This document shows positions 1 through 14,095 of a stretch of DNA of 64,000 bases, piece after piece. The position numbers were made by a program, and so were the translations under genes. Every line of letters begins with the position of its first letter. Position 1 is the first letter of the stretch. The stretch is from Phoronis australis (lineage: Eukaryota; Animalia; Phoronida), in NCBI GenBank assembly GCA_002633005.1, contig NMRA01000340.1, forward strand, positions 186,001-250,000. The letters are read 5' to 3'. The notes under the pieces are model-generated. The model searched no databases. It was given only the letters and a program-made list of their open reading frames with translations, and had not been told where the DNA came from.

Positions 1-3000
1 GTCTCTGCATTTTGCGGATTTAAAACCGTATTACCATTTTGATCAATATTTCGGTTGGCAAGCAATCAGGTTTGTGGTTTCTAATGCCTGCAATCGCATC
101 ATTGTTAGGTACCACTGTGACTGGGGGAAAGTGGCTCTTGGCTGCTATGGTGTCTTTAATTACTCACCATAAAATATTAACGGTCAAATGAGCATATGAG
201 AATTTGAGCACAGTAATCCAGTTGTCAATATCTGTGTACTGTGTCCATTCTCATTTGTGATACTGAATTTGCGACAGTTGAATTCAAAGACTCTTTGTTC
301 GATTTTGTTAGTTAAGTTGATAATACAGCTTCCTTATTCGTCCAAATAGTGTTCATAAAACTCACTACCAGAATATTCAAATTTTCATTTCTCAGCACTT
401 GCGCTCTGCCATACACTGACTCCCAATTTCTAGGATCGAAACTAATACGTAAAAAACACCAGTGTCTTCCTCCCGTGTCTTGGTGCAAGACCATCTCATG
501 AATTGTAGGTATGCAGCGCACCCACCCTTTGGGTACCATAGATAGCAAGTTCACATTATCTATGCCTTGAGTAAACTATCAAATTTCTTCAAGGAATCTT
601 CATAAATTTGACACTTGAGTTTCTGTGAAGGAGACAACTTCATCTGTTAAGTTTCAGTTAGATTTGGCAAATGTTATCCTGTGAAGCTGATAACGATGAT
701 GAGTTTTGGGCCAATCCTACCACCGTTCTGTCTCCTAGTGGCGATTTTAGTTTTTTACATTTACCTCTGTATCTTTGGAGTTCATGGATTTCTAAAATTT
801 GACAAATAGGTTTGCATTAAGGAGACGACTACGCCTTCCCAATTTCAGACGAGGTCGACGTACTCGGCTTCATCTAACGTCCATTTTTGGAAAACAACCC
901 TAGAAACTCGTCATTTGTGGTGCAGTCTTGGGTGCATTTCAATGCTTCGTGTTGCTCTTGTTGTATTTTGCGTTTGCTATTTAGCATTGGCTTCCCTTTT
1001 GCTTGAACTTAATGAAGAATCGTCATGAAAGTCGCTTGAACTAACCTTAAGGAAGGTATGGTTGAAATTAATTTATGGATGAATCGAAAGTTGCTGCTAA
1101 ATTTGGCAATTAGTTTCCAGTGAAATTGAAGAGAGATCGCCTTCAGGACTTTACAGGCACCACCGGCATGGTGTTTTTTCGCTCACTTACCGGTATTCTA
1201 AGTGCCCCTGATTTAGTACAGCTGTCACTGATTGAATGCCATACCAACTCAGGTTTCCAGTTATTGATTTTGTCATTAGCTGAACTTCTCATTTGGTTTG
1301 GAGGGCCATCCAGGTCACCAGTAGTTCAGTCCTGCTTTCACTGAGAGTTCTGTTAAACGTACTAGCTTTCTGTGCACTTTAATTGCTCCTTCGTCAGTAG
1401 TCGTCCACGTGGTCAGAAGTGATGATGAAATGGACAATTTTTTGGGTACGGTTACTTATGGTAACGTGAATGTTGAAAAGCATTATTTTACAGTAATTCT
1501 TCACTTATTTAGCACACAAGTGAGATTAAGTTTTGTTTAATTTCCCAACGAAAATCAAGATTAAGGACATTTTAGCCTCTTGCAAGTATTGTGTGCAGTG
1601 TGTAGATGTCATAAACAACATTTGCCAAACTCATAAATTTTTCATTTTTCCTCCCAAAAATTAAACTCTTGATTTTTTTGGGAGGGAAAAGGAAAATTTT
1701 TTTAGTGTACTGACTATGTGGCATCCTGATGAAGCTGTTTACTGAAAATTTGCTAAAGTTCGCATTATTTGAAAAAAATAATAATCAGCCATTTAAAAAT
1801 GGAAAACGTCCATTTTATCAATTAATTTTGTGCGAAATAAGTTGAGAATTACTACATAGTTTGGTGCTTCTTATCATTTTGCGAAAAAATAAGAAATTGT
1901 ATCACTTGTCTGTCTTGTTTGTGAGATTTCAACACAGACATTTGATCACCCATTACAAGCCCCTGGTTATATCCTTGTACGTACTTTAACCCATTACTTT
2001 CCTTTGAATGCCACTTTCTGACTCACATGCTTTTGATAATAGGCTGATTGATCTGCTATTGATTTATTTAGTTTTCATTTGTAAACCTGTATACCTACCT
2101 GCTGTTCCTTAGATCTTTTTTCATTACATAAGTATCATACCTTTATATCACGCATTTGCTTTGTTCATCGATTCTAGCTTGTTATAAGTTGATCCAATAC
2201 CGCAATTACATATACTGAACAGCTGTGTTGAGTCAATTTGGTGTGTGATGTGCAAAATTTAACATGCGGTAAGATTGGCCGGAAATTTGGGAAGGCTGAT
2301 ATGGAATGAATAGAGAGTTAAAAAAATTGTCGGAAACTGATGTGTGTTCATAAGGGATGTGCGAATAAAGAGAAAGTAAGATTGATGACTGTAGTACCAT
2401 GCTCGAATTAATGCAACGGTAAAATATTGTTTTTGTTTACTAATTTTGAGTGTGCTAAAAATGAGAACGTGCGAAATTGTAGAGTGGTTACCATACATGA
2501 CAGCTGTAATTTGTGTAATTGCTACGTTTTTCCACGTTTTAGTGCACGGGCGTGGTACAAAAATACTTCGGTTTTTGAATATTAACCGCTACACTTTTTG
2601 TCACTGTTGTAATGACAATCCGCAGACAATTTATTTCCCATTAACTGCATTCTGTAACTAGTCAAATTAAATGATGCCTTTTTTGTAGACTTGCCATGCT
2701 CACTACCGTGATTTTCCTTAAATAGTTCCCTCAAAAATATCTGCATAGACTTATACTAGTATTTGAAAAGTTTTCAGATGGTCCGTCTTCATTGGCTCAG
2801 TTAAAATCGTTATGCTTCAGTTGTTGCCTCGGAGTATCGTTGAGTGTAAACCCAAAACGCTGCTTTATGAGAGCAGGACCTGTTTCTAGTCTGGGTTGCT
2901 GCCCAAGACAAGTTTGGGAGCTCAAAAACTGAGCGGGAGGTGGGGGGGGGGGGGGGGGGGAGGGGGNNNNNNNNNNNGGGGGGGGTAGGTGGTAAGCTGA

Positions 3001-3814
3001 GTGTGGGCACAAATGACTGTTCAAGTTAATGCCCAGGGAGCCACATTGATGGGTGGGGGGATTTTCGTAATCAATACTGTTGCCGTTTCTTCATTCAGAT
3101 TGCAGTCTTTGTAGAAAGGGTCGGCATCTGTAATGGAGTGATTGCGTCCAGCTTAACTTCATTTGCGTGACGCAGCTTTTTACGCATCATACTAGTATCT
3201 TTAAATTTTTCAGTTCCACCTTGCTGATCTGTCTGTTCAGCTGCACACAAATATCATAATGTTGGAATGTGCATGTGTTGCAAAGTTCAAGTTTCATATC
3301 ACATTCTAAAATTAAGTGCCTCAAACAGTTTCTTCCCTAAACTTTCATATCACAGGCTAAAATTAGTATGGTAGACATACTCAGCTAATGCATGAACTTT
3401 CATTTACACTTTCAAAACTTAACATTTAAATGCCTTGTCAGTTTTATCCAATACGTTCACAGCAGACACCATCAGAACAACAGATGTGTGTTGAAAGCTG
3501 TTGAATTTTTGATACTGATGCCTTGAGTACCATTTGGAGGCTATTACTTGTTAGTAAGGTTGCGAGCTTGCTCACGAAAACACTAGCCTTTCGCCCATTC
3601 CATCTTCCGGCCGTGGGAGAAACTTGCCTTACGGAATGCACCGCAGGCTTTGTGTCTAGGTTGTGTGCTCTGTGATCTCATAATCCTGGTCGACCAATAA
3701 GTCTGCTCAGAATGTTAAGTCACAAGTCAAAGCCTTGTCATTAACTCTTATACTGATTGGCATTTTTCTCCCGAGACAAGTTGCCAATATATTTATTTAT
3801 CAGTCTTTTTTCAG

Positions 3815-3889
3815 AGTGTGGTAGGGTGTAGACGGACCACGATTGCAAGGTTCACTGAAGAAGTTGATTTGAGAGATTCTGCTTGAAAG
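3815..3889 (+). other. Candidate non-coding (5'UTR) exon of SNAP-25
   Basis: Strong acceptor (tcttttttcag|) and donor (AAG|gtgagc); 75 nt, no ATG, stops in all three frames. The SNAP-25 ATG exon at 14012 has an acceptor, so upstream UTR exons are expected. Confidence 0.35.
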
Positions 3890-4194
3890 GTGAGCTATTA
3901 TTTCTTAATTGTGTGAAAGTTATTCTTAGAGTGTCCAAATTTACAAACTTGTTAAAAACTAGTGACGTGTTCTTGGCACTACTAAGTGCAGTCAGTGCGA
4001 ACAATTGATAACCAGTGCTGTAGCTGGTATGCCAATGTGACTTTTCGGATATTGAAAAATATTAAACCATTGATGTATGTAATAGCTTTCTTAAAAATAC
4101 TAGCTTTTAGGTCAACTCTCTATCATTTTTTCTTTAGTTCTCCTTCATATTTTTCCATAGTTATTGCTAATGATAACTACTGTTTATAAAGTAC

Positions 4195-5060
4195 TTGCAT
4201 GCCTCCAATCAAAATGCATATCCCATGGCATATTTAGGCTTCCTAAGTCATATGTCCAGATACCTAAACCTATGCACGCAGGCACCTGTAGGCTAAACTA
4301 CGCCTAAACCATCTATTTCTTATAGGCTGCTTAAGGTCATACAGTCTATGTCTCCTAGCACCTGTAGATTTCCTAGGCCTAATGCATGTAGACTACTTAA
4401 GTCCTGGCACCTGTTGATTACCCCCACACCTCCCGGCACCTGTAGGCCCCCTAAGTGCATACATTTGTAGGCTAGCTAACCTCCTGACACTTATAATCTA
4501 CTTAGGTTCATACATCCTAGCACCTGCAGGCTACCTATGTCGATAAATCCTGACACCTGTAGGTCACCCAATTCCATATCTTCTGACACCTCACCTAAAT
4601 CGGTGTTTTCTGCAACGTGTTTTGACTCCTTGCTGTTCCGGGTTTGAATTCCGTTAATACAAGTTTGGTTTTCTTGCGCCTGAGTTTGAAAACCTATGCA
4701 AGGAGTTCAAACTTTCGGAAATTGATCACTTCTTGCTAACTAGGATGTGTTGGCACCAGCACAATGCATTTATTCCAAGACTACTTTCCGCAGTATGGTC
4801 ATGAACTTTTCAACAAGTTTATGAATTTGTCAACTCCTGTCGAGTGAAAGAACACTGTAAATACATACCCCCCTGACACGCTTGGGTTCAGTTACACCTG
4901 TATTCTACCTAAGCCCATACGTCCAAACACTTGTAGGCTACTCAAACCCATACATCTGGACACCTGTAGGCTAATTAAGTCTATACCACCTGTCAAATGT
5001 AGACTATTCAAGCCCATACCTCCAGATACCTGTAGATTACCTTTAGCACCCATCCCTCCA
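4195..5060. repeat. Degenerate ~35-40 bp tandem repeat (core CACCTGTAGGCTACCTAAG), interrupted at ~4600-4890
   Basis: Many recurring cacctgtagg/cttaag motifs; boundaries approximate. Confidence 0.75.
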
Positions 5061-5454
5061 AGGCGTTGCTACTTAACCTGCACTGCCATTTTGAACGGGA
5101 AGAGCAAATTAAGTGAATTTTTTGCATGTGGATCCTCTATGGTATACTCTTTCATATGAACTCAACAATTTTTTTCTCAGACTTTTCCTTTGGATTTATT
5201 TGACTTTCAATTTCACACAATGTTGAAAATTTTCAAAAAAAGTTGCAATTTTGTGAAACTAATCTGTTAGATAAAGTTTCAAACAGGCTTTCAGAAGATT
5301 TTTTCATTTTTCGCTATGACTTCTCGTTATCGAATTATTCGGGATTTTTTGATGACGCTGTTCCTTTGTTGACTGTAGTTTTGTTGGTTTACCTTCTGTT
5401 GATCAAGACTATATTTCTTACTCATTTCTGACATCTCCATTCGTCATATAGTTG

Positions 5455-5512
5455 TTATCATCATGTTCATCATTGACACCTTGATCATCATCATCATTGT
5501 CATCATCATCTC
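5455..5512. repeat. Imperfect (ATC)n microsatellite
   Basis: atcatcatcatcattgtcatcatcatc. Confidence 0.7.
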
Positions 5513-6707
5513 CACTGTAGTCTTTTCAGTCAGTTTCATCAAGGGCCGCTCTGAGCCCTTTAATTTTTTGCTCATACTTGTTTTAAGTTTATCAGTTACG
5601 ATGTTTTCTTTAAAACGGTAACTTATTTACAAACTGTTTATACCTGTACACACAGTTTTCCAGGAAATCATTAGGTGGCATTTGCTAAAAATTTAAATAT
5701 TCACGGACGGTTTTGATTAAACGTAGCATCTTTAATTCTCTGATACCAGAGTTCTTGAGACAAGCCTGAGTTGCTAATGGTATGAGTATTTTGCCACCTG
5801 AATGAGACCAGGTTCTTTTGAAAAACTCGTTAGTTGCCCAAAGGTTTGCGGGTTGCGTATGTTGAGGAACCCAAAATTCGCACGAAATGGGAATTCACTA
5901 AGAAATGGGCGTCTCAATTGTATGAATTGGCAGTTTAGTACGTAGGCAGAAATTTTGCTAGTGGACGTAAAGCTGAACATGGCGATTATTCTTGAAGGGT
6001 ACAGTATACGTGTATGATGCAAATTGACAGTGGTATCAATGTATCGTACATTTTTAGGTAGTGTGTACGCCACTCTCGGTCTGTTTTCTACGTGCTAGTG
6101 TTGTCAAAGTCTAGCAGAGCTGTAGCACTTCCCCATGGTGAAGTGTATATGTGCCAAGTAGTTTTGATAAAAACTGCTACCTTGCTGTAGTTTGCCATGT
6201 AAACTGCAGCTGATACTACTGGCAACATGCCAAAGTTAACATCTAGACACAGGTATTTAGGTATTAAAACTTGACGTGACCTCTTCTGACTCCATGAACT
6301 CTAATTGCGAAATGAAACTGAGTAGTAGTAGACTATTCTGAATGAACTTTGGCACTGGAGGCTCAGGTCTGCAGATCGGGACACCTATTTCATTGTATTA
6401 TTTAATGGGAGCTGTCTTTACTTGACATTTCTCATTTTTTATGTAAACGTGATCGATCTTGATAAGTGAAATTTCACCTGAACCGAAGGTGAGTAGTTTG
6501 TTCACACCTGGCGAGTCGAAATGAATGCTACTGCTAGCAGCACATTTAAATACCATTTGCCAAGTTTTATATGTTCAGTGCTTGATTAGTTTTATTGATT
6601 AATATATATTCTTTCATTTAGAAAACGTTTAATACTAATTTCCTGTTAAAAGGTGCCTTTCTCTGATATCTAAAGGGGGCACTTATCTTAAAAGTATGAC
6701 TCACTCC

Positions 6708-6838
6708 GAGATGCCATCTTGTAGAGTCATTCTGTTAAACAAAAACCATGAGATGCCATCTTGTGGAGTCATTCTATTAAACAAGAACCATGAGATGCCA
6801 TTTTGTGGAGTGGAGTCATTCTATTACACAAGAACCAT
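6708..6838. repeat. ~42 bp tandem repeat, 3 copies
   Basis: GAGATGCCATCTTGTGGAGTCATTCTATTAAACAAGAACCAT repeated. Confidence 0.85.
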
Positions 6839-7206
6839 CGATTACAAAACACAAGCAGCAGCAAGGGGACATAAATCAAGTTGAATAAAACCAAGTTTAT
6901 TTTCCTCATACCGTCCACTGTAAACTGTGCACACAACTGAAGATTTTCATTAATTTGTAATCTGACAAGAGAATTTTTTTAAGTTATAGAAATGAACATT
7001 TATGAAACCGAATTATAGCAAGCGTTGATAAAGATTAAAGTGCAAAAACAACACATTTCACATTTCAATACCGTTCTTGGGGGAGTGAGGCGATGGAAAA
7101 CAAAAAGTGTTTTAAGAATAGCCTACATCACTGTGGTATAATATACCGAAATAAAACAGTTCAGAAGTCTTATGATTTCTAGTCATACATTTTGTGTTGC
7201 TGCCTG

Positions 7207-7290
7207 GGAACCAGTTTTCTCCACTGAATAATGATTATCAAACTGGTTCTCAAAATTTGGGTACGTTACTTCAGACTACTGCCACAATTT
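7207..7290. mobile_element. Partial copy of dispersed foldback element (GAACCAGTTT-spacer-AAACTGGTTCTCAAAA)
   Basis: Same core and spacer (CTCCACTGAATAA) as the copies at 46.8, 48.3, 60.4 and 60.7 kb. Confidence 0.7.
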
Positions 7291-10200
7291 TGGGCTGGAA
7301 TAGTATCTTTGATATGAAAGTGGTTTTCAGCCTGACAGTCATTGCCATGCATTAGACATGAAGGTTGTTCGTTGTTTTGAAAACTGCAATATTTCATCAT
7401 TTATATATAGTTTGTACACTGATTTCGAGCAAAGAAATAATAAAAAAATTCATTTCCTATTTCTTAAAGGCTGATTGCCTGACTGCAAGCTGTGGAAAGT
7501 TTCCCATTCAAGCCAAATAATCTAATTTTCTTAATCGTTGTCATTATTGTAGATCAACTGACTTACAGCAGTAGAATTTCACTTGTCCACCAAACTCTTT
7601 CTTGGTAAATACATAAAAATTGGCGTCCATTCATTAAGAGTGAATTTAATGATAAATATCAATGTTCTAATAATCAGACGAAGAATGTTGATAATCAGAC
7701 TAAGAGCAGTAAATGTGCTTAGAGACTATCAGTGAAGTGCCCCCAATGCAAGACACAATATGGCAGCATAGATTATAGTACATGGACCACCAACTCCGTA
7801 TACTTTCAATGGACGAAATCTGTGATGTTACGCAGAAGCCCTGACATCATTATTCACTAGCGACACCTGGCCAATTTAACAGGTTTACCGGTATTTCCAG
7901 CAAGTACGTCGTCTGCTGATCATGGTCGGCTGTTGTGTCATCACAATACACTGAAACATATAATTTAAGAGAGTGGTGCCTCCTCTAGGATAGTATGCAA
8001 GAAAATGTCGGAGTTGCGAATCTGTTGTCTATAATCTATGACGACAGGCAAGTAGCTTTAGCAGTCTTATGTTCTACACAATAGCTGCAATTGGACAATG
8101 TTTTGAGAATCTGGGCATTCATGACGATGATAGAGAGGCCTTTGGAAAACGATAAAACTAGTTACTTTAACAATTATTTTTATCTGGAATTGATGAGATT
8201 TTACACAATATTAAATTATTAAATCCTTGGTAACCATGGCGAAATAAGATTAAGCTAAGAAATGTACACACTTTGCACACTTTTGCTCTTCCTCATCAAT
8301 TGGTCTGTCCCCAGGGTCTCGTTTTGTCTGGGTACATAGGCGTTAATGACCATCTCAAAGAAACAATCAATAACAGGAGCGGGCATTAATCTTTCAGATC
8401 TGAGCATCTGATCTGTATACATTGAAACCTCCATTGCTGATTTCGTCTTGGTAGTCCATCTCTGGCTACTGTGATGGACTTAGAAAAACATGTTGTGTTC
8501 GTGTCAAACAGTGATCTTTCCTTGGTTACTGTTAAAGCAGTTACAAAGCCCCATAATTCCTTGGCAAAAAATTTATTTGCACCACTATCATTATGATATT
8601 GCTCTCACAAGTGTCCCTTAGTAAAACTGGAGGTGATTTCAAAGCTTTGACAGAACTGCCAGTTTCTTGGTGCTTGAGACCAAGGTCTACAAGTGTGCAC
8701 CAAGTATGGTCTCAAGGAATAACGAATTCTCAGTTCTCCACAAACCTGGAAATCACTCCTCACCTTCCCTGAAGGACAAGTTGAGACAGGTTTCAGGAAG
8801 TGGTCCAAATCATTGCAATTTTTCATTGATGGCAAGCGGGGTTTACATAACGGCTTTAAAGAGGCATGGAACGCAAAAGCTCGTCAAAAATATATTATAA
8901 ACAATTCCTGAAGAAAGCTTTATCTTGCAACATCCAGTACAGAGTAATTCACTTTACCCTGTGAGGACATTTCCAGAAAAATCACAAAATACATGATTTT
9001 CTGAAAAACGGACGAAGGAAGAACTCTGGGGTTACAGCACAGTTTCTAATCTCCCTCCCATGCGCTCAGTCATGTGCTTAAGTCGGAAGATCAAATTTTC
9101 CATATAAGGGAAATGTGCTATGTCTGGCCATACTAAATAATAATCGACGAATTCTGTTTCAGTGGCAGAGAACCACTATTAGTATTGCAGTTTAGCCTGT
9201 TTATCGTGTTCCATATGTCTTTATGATTATGGTTTTTACAGCCAAAAAACCCCTTTGTGGGAAAGACTTCACGTAGTTGTTAGCTGTGACCGAAGCTATA
9301 AAAGAACAAGATCCCTTGTGTTTTTGTGATTTGATTGCAAATGACCAATTGTTGCCGATGTCTGCTAGCTGAAATTAACGCTGGTGACTTAAAATGTTAA
9401 CTACGCTTAAAATGCTCTGGTCACTCGTGAGCGATTTAGCTCTTTAGCGGAGTATTTGGGTGGGGACACAAAGATTTCCTAGTTCGAATGTGCGTGGGGC
9501 TGGTTCCAGAAAGTTTTCTTTTTTGCCTCTTCTGTCACTTTGAAATGGTTTGCCATTTTGTCAGTTTTGGAAGTTAGAGCCTAAGAGGTGAATAAAATTA
9601 ACTTAAGGATATTTCAAACCGTATTCACAAAAATTGGCCATTTTTACATTATTTCACAATACCTTATCTTCATTCTCGGAGAACTTCAAATACATAACTA
9701 TCTACATATGAGTGCATTACACGATCCCCGTCCGTCTGACGTGTGCTGTTGTTTCTTCTTGAACCTTGATGGATGTTCATGGAAATGTTCTTCTCATAGA
9801 TAGAACGACCTTAGGGAATTTTTGGATAGATCCAGCTACCACTACCTATATCTACTGAGTTTCAAGACGACATGCTAAATGGAATCTCCGTCATATGGTG
9901 CTTCCTTGGGAATCCAAAAGAGGTCACTATTAGGGCAAAATTTAAGTCTGCATTTCCTGTCTTTGACTCCTTAATAATCACAGATAAAAGTAAAATCATC
10001 AAATTTGGAAGTTAATCATTTTGCTCAACTGTGGAGACTACTGTCTTAAATTTTTGAAATGTGAATATTGACTTTCCCAAATTCACAAATTTCAGTCAAT
10101 GACAATCATTCATGGCAATGTTATGTGTCACTGCATTGGAAAGCATGTAACGTGTTGTTAGTGACGGTTTTCGATAATTTTATGAATTGTCCCACCTATT

Positions 10201-11229
10201 TTCAGGCTCAGTGTTGATTCAAAACGCGGTGTCCGATGCTGGAGGAATGTGGTGAAAGCCAAAATTACCCAAGTTCCAATCTTCAGAATCATGGAAATTT
10301 TGTCTTGAATTTCAATGTGTCCAAAAATCTAGAGAGGATACCAAACTGCAGAGATGAAATGAAAAAATGTTGCCATGACATTGATTTAATCAGTGAGATG
10401 GAACTTCATTGGCTTAAAGGTAGTCATGTGGAACTTGGAACTTTTATATCTATATTCTGTTAGGTACTATTGGGTGTCTGGAAACAATATCGATGTAATG
10501 CCCATTTAGACCAAAAACCCAGCCATCAAAAATCATGATAATCAAAAAAAAAGCAACTAAGTCATGGTCTTCTCTGAGTTTATCAGTTTGGATGTGGGTT
10601 AATTGTATATCTATGGAAATTAAAACACGGACACTTTGTTTTAAGTTCCTTATCTCGCACAATTATAGCCTGTTTGCGTGGGTCATGCTCTGCGCTTAGT
10701 TGCAAAAACATGCAGCCTAGCACTGTTTGGTTAACGTGCTTCAACTTAATTACATGGCGATTATGGTTGTTTAAGGTTGCTAAATAACATCTTCATTAAT
10801 ATAAAACATATTAGACAATGGAGAGTAATCAGTTCTCATGTTGAATAACTACCAAAAGAACGGTGACAGAGCGCATGGGTCTCTGGGTAAGACAAAACAA
10901 GTCAAATAGCATATTCCATTGTAGTGCAATTTTATTTCCATTTAAAGTTACAAGACCTGAGTTTGGTGAAAAAGATGATTAAAGTTGCATTTCACCGATT
11001 AGTTGTTTAAACAACAAAAACCAAGTTCTTAAGCCTTTTTCTCATAAAATTAGTCTCATCCATTTCATGTCACTGGTAATGTCTACCTGGGCCATTTCTC
11101 GCAGGCAATCCGTACTTGGGCTAGCCAGCCGCAATAAAGTTTCTTGAGTTGCTGATGGTTTCTCATGTTCTTTTTGGTGATGGAAATGGAATCCTATCAT
11201 GGTAACGAACATTATGACACAAATTCTAA

Positions 11230-11708
11230 AGGCCCTTTCACACTAACGTCGACGCCTCGATGTTTTGCGGAGTTGCAGTCAGCATGTACGATTAACTTCT
11301 GTCCTGTGCCAGTTAACTTCGCTGTAAACAGGCGGATTTAAGATTGCACCGTCGACATTACGGTGAGGTGTGAACGGTTGTCTTCGATCCCCTCAAAGTT
11401 ATCGCCAGGGATCACTGTTATCGTCAACAACTAAAGTCGTTTTGCTTATATTTTGCTCGAATAATCACAAATCGAATTAGAAGTAAGTTTTATGTAATTT
11501 AGCATGGGAATGTTCTCAAATTGAATTGTCACATTAAAAAAAATCTTAGCGTGCGTGCGATGCATCAGCGTTACCTTGTGATTACTTCGATGACGACAGG
11601 GTCACCTACCATCTACTGCGATGTCCGTTAACTACTAAAGCCGGTATGAACGGTTCAGTTAACTTCATAGTTTACATCGACCGGAGTTAAGTGAGTATGA
11701 GAGGGCCT
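11230..11708 (+). mobile_element. Non-autonomous DNA transposon/MITE, PIF-Harbinger-like TIRs
   Basis: TIRs AGGCCCTTTCACACTAAC ... GTGAGTATGAGAGGGCCT in TA-rich flanks; diverged reverse-orientation copy at 15447-15951. Superfamily is inferred from the TIR style only. Confidence 0.7.
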
Positions 11709-14011
11709 TATGAGAGCAAAAAGGACAAATTTTAGCCATTAGTAAAGTGGGATGAAAGGCTGCTTTAAAAATTCAAATTAAATTGATACTTTTACATGTT
11801 ATACATGAAAAATAAATGATGTTTGGTCTTGATACAAGAACTTCTTTTAGCCTCATTACATAACAATGCGGAAAATTTCTGTATTAATTTTGCGGTTTCC
11901 TCATCACTGACCTGGTGTTGGTAGAAAAAATTAAAATTTTGTGAAAATTTCTAACCTTGTGCTTATTTTGATTCCTGACTATTCAAAACCATTTGAAAGT
12001 GTGTGCACAAATAGGTTAAGTTTGAATAAACATCCTTTTAGATGCTTTTTAATCATAATAAACTGCAGCTGATATTATAGTACGAAATCATAGAAGAGAT
12101 TGTTCTAAAAATGAAACCTGCAGAAATTTAGTCATGAAAAGTGAGCCCTTTTGGACGCATTGTAATAGTACATGGCACTCTCTTGAACAGAAACTGGTTG
12201 TGAGCTTCTTTTTGAGTAATAAAATGGACTTTGAAAGTTTTTGAAATGTTTCCTTTAGCCCAGCTGGTTGTTCAATAGTTCTGTCTATTCACTACTTGCA
12301 TGAAGTTGCCGTTATGCTTGAGAACGAGGTATTGTTACCAAACTACAATGGTTCTGCAACTTAGAACATGTGTGCTTTCACCTTTACATTATTAAAGCTG
12401 GTGCCAAATCAAGGCACTGTGACCTAAACAACTACACACAGCAATCATTATTTGCAGCGCAAACCAAAGTGTGCGAGTATTGAATACTGCTAGTTTGTAA
12501 ATGTCAGCCTGATTAGATATTATTTATTTATTTTTTAAACCATGTTCATGTGTACGTCTGTGTATTGGGACTTTTACCTTTGATTTGTCGTGCAGAACAT
12601 CAATGACAGTTCACTAAAGATCAAATACCTCAGAGTACCTTTGACTGATTCACCTTCAGGTTGTTGTCTAAGGAATATCATACTCTCGTGTTGATCTAAT
12701 TTTGTAGAGTCAGCTTCTACAATCTACCTTAAAGACACTGACCTCGTAGACTGATACAGTGTTGGAAAATCAGTCACTGCTGAATTCTGGGATATCATCA
12801 ACAGATTTTCCTCTTTGGTTGATCCACTATGGCAATTCTCCACTATTTTGCACAAAATTTATTGCCAAAATGTTCATTTTCTGTTGTTCAATGGCAAATT
12901 ACCTTTTTGGAAATAATGAGAACTTCAGAAGAAATTGTTTTACGACATCTACATACTGCAAACCATGCTTGTAATAGACATAAAATCTTCGTCATCTTTG
13001 CTTTTGTGGAGGAAGTTAACAAATTAAAATGCACTTGTCGGCCATCTTGTATCCTAAATAAGTGAAGAATTTCTGTATTATGAAGTCCTGTCTAGGTTAT
13101 CCTCTTTGGTTGACCCACTATTTTAGAGTCTGACTACATTTTAGGATATTATGAGAATGCACACTTTGTCTAGTACCCTGTTTATTCTGAAGTTAGGAAT
13201 CGGTTTATCGTTATTGGCTTTAAGTTGCTTCGTCTCCTCATTTGCACTTTCAAAGACAAAATCGGTATACATGCCTGGCTGTCTGTTCGTAGTACCACAA
13301 ACAGGCGCACTTCTTACTAGTACCTTTCAAAAACTTCCTTTAAAAATAACGTAGATCAAAACTAGAAGTGAATTAAAATCAAGGGAATGACACTCGCTCA
13401 TTGTCAAAATCGTACCCTAACGGTGCAACATGCCTTGGCATGAAAAAGTGACCTTTTCGGATGTAAGAAATTTTGGTGAAACATGTTAGCCTGCTATGTT
13501 TCTGGTAGTTGTCCAAAGGAGTGGTGGATTATTCGCAGGGAGCAGTTTCTCACTGTGAGCTCGATTGTATTTGTTCACTAACTACCTGAATGCATTCACG
13601 AAGGTATGACTACTGCCTCACCACTGCCACCTGGTGACATTTGCGTCACCCATCCATAAATTCCATTCACACGACAGGCTTTTCACATCACTAGCTCTCT
13701 GTCAATCAGCAGGTGAAGCGTTCAACACAGACTGCGCTCAGCAACCAGCCTATTGTTAAGATATTCCATGGATATTAGTACTGGAAGGGTTGCTGTGTGC
13801 ATCTCATCTCATTTGTTCCCTTGGAGATGGCGTGAGCTATTGAGAAAGTAGCGGGATTACTGTACGTAGTTAATTGTTCTTGGAGTGCGCATTATGATCA
13901 TACACATCAGAAGTAGCCTTTTTGATAATTTTATTTTTCTCACTTCTAGAGAGCGTCTGATAGTGACGGTGCCTTCTGTAGGTGTCGAGGGAATACGTGA
14001 CAAGCTGCACC

Positions 14012-14095
14012 ATGACTGAGGCTGATCTGTCCGATGACAACATGAGGTCGGAGCTGGAAACTCTCCAGCTGCAGATGAACCAAGTTACTGATGAG
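14012..14095 (+). CDS. SNAP25: SNAP-25 first coding exon, variant 1a (MTEADLSDDNMRSELETLQLQMNQVTDE)
   Basis: Kozak-like gcaccATG; aligns with human MRNELEEMQRRADQLADE; phase-0 donor GAG|gtaact at the conserved intron position; acceptor at 13981 or 13949. Confidence 0.93.

Noticed and set aside
2797-3024. Proline-rich ORFs
   Set aside because: Translations of a poly-G tract spanning an 11-N gap.
8255-8480. Minus-strand LINE endonuclease-like words (GGFNVYRSD, VINAYVP)
   Set aside because: Motifs are in different frames and the expected GDFN motif is absent; too weak to call.
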